DNA from: Camelus ferus
Lineage: Eukaryota
Assembly (NCBI RefSeq): GCF_009834535.1
Contig: NC_045696.1
Span: 91,576,001-91,640,000 of the forward strand
DNA length: 64,000 nucleotides
Reading direction: 5' to 3'
Part shown: in pieces, positions 63,805-64,000 of the stretch
Numbering within the stretch: position 1 is the stretch's first letter
Layout: every line of letters begins with the position of its first letter
Made by a program: the position numbers and the translations under genes
The notes under the pieces: generated by a model
What the model was told of the DNA's origin: nothing
Database searches by the model: none
Seen by the model: the letters and a program-made list of their open reading frames with translations, nothing else

Positions 63805-64000
63805 CGAGCTCACCAGATGCTTAAGGGACCTGGGGTGGCGGGTAAATCGTGGGGAAGGACCCAGCAAAGACTCCCACCCCTTGACTCACAAAGGCCTTTT
63901 GCTTCTCCCAGCGTTTCCTCGGAGAGGGCTGTGTTAGCGCCTCACACCCTCAGCCCCAGGAAGCAGGCGGGCGGTGTGAGAGTTACGGCCCCACTCGGGG

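Noticed and set aside
1..64000. CRISPR arrays, operons or prokaryotic defence systems
   Set aside because: The sequence is mammalian (spliceosomal introns, L1/SINE/MIR repeats) and shows no repeat-spacer array.

Overview
Mammalian genomic DNA, most likely from a camelid (camel, alpaca or vicuna), judged from six copies of a tRNA-derived SINE resembling the camelid Vic-1 family. The only protein-coding gene I can support is CCNL1 (cyclin L1) on the + strand: 11 GT-AG coding exons from ATG 35494 to TGA 47425 that join to 1581 nt (526 aa; cyclin folds followed by an RS domain). It has a CpG-island promoter with a CRE next to an ETS site, a poison cassette exon in intron 3 (172-aa gamma-type product) and an alternative acceptor / 14-nt micro-exon in intron 5 (232-aa beta-type products). 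The most interesting unexplained signal is a roughly 140-nt multi-helix stem-loop that begins at the beta stop codon, right beside the intron-5 decoy donor. Other notable items are an orphan CpG-island promoter about 10 kb upstream, an in-frame stop-free intron 1 with its own Kozak ATG, AAG acceptors on all three RS-region exons, a 5'-truncated H3-3A (H3F3A) 3'UTR retrocopy with a 16-bp target-site duplication, a twin-primed inverted L1, an L1 nested antisense inside another L1, and several CTCF-like motifs. The rest is old interspersed repeat. Repeat-family names and cross-species comparisons come from memory and need RepeatMasker/BLAST confirmation. I see no firm evidence for a wholly new biological system.
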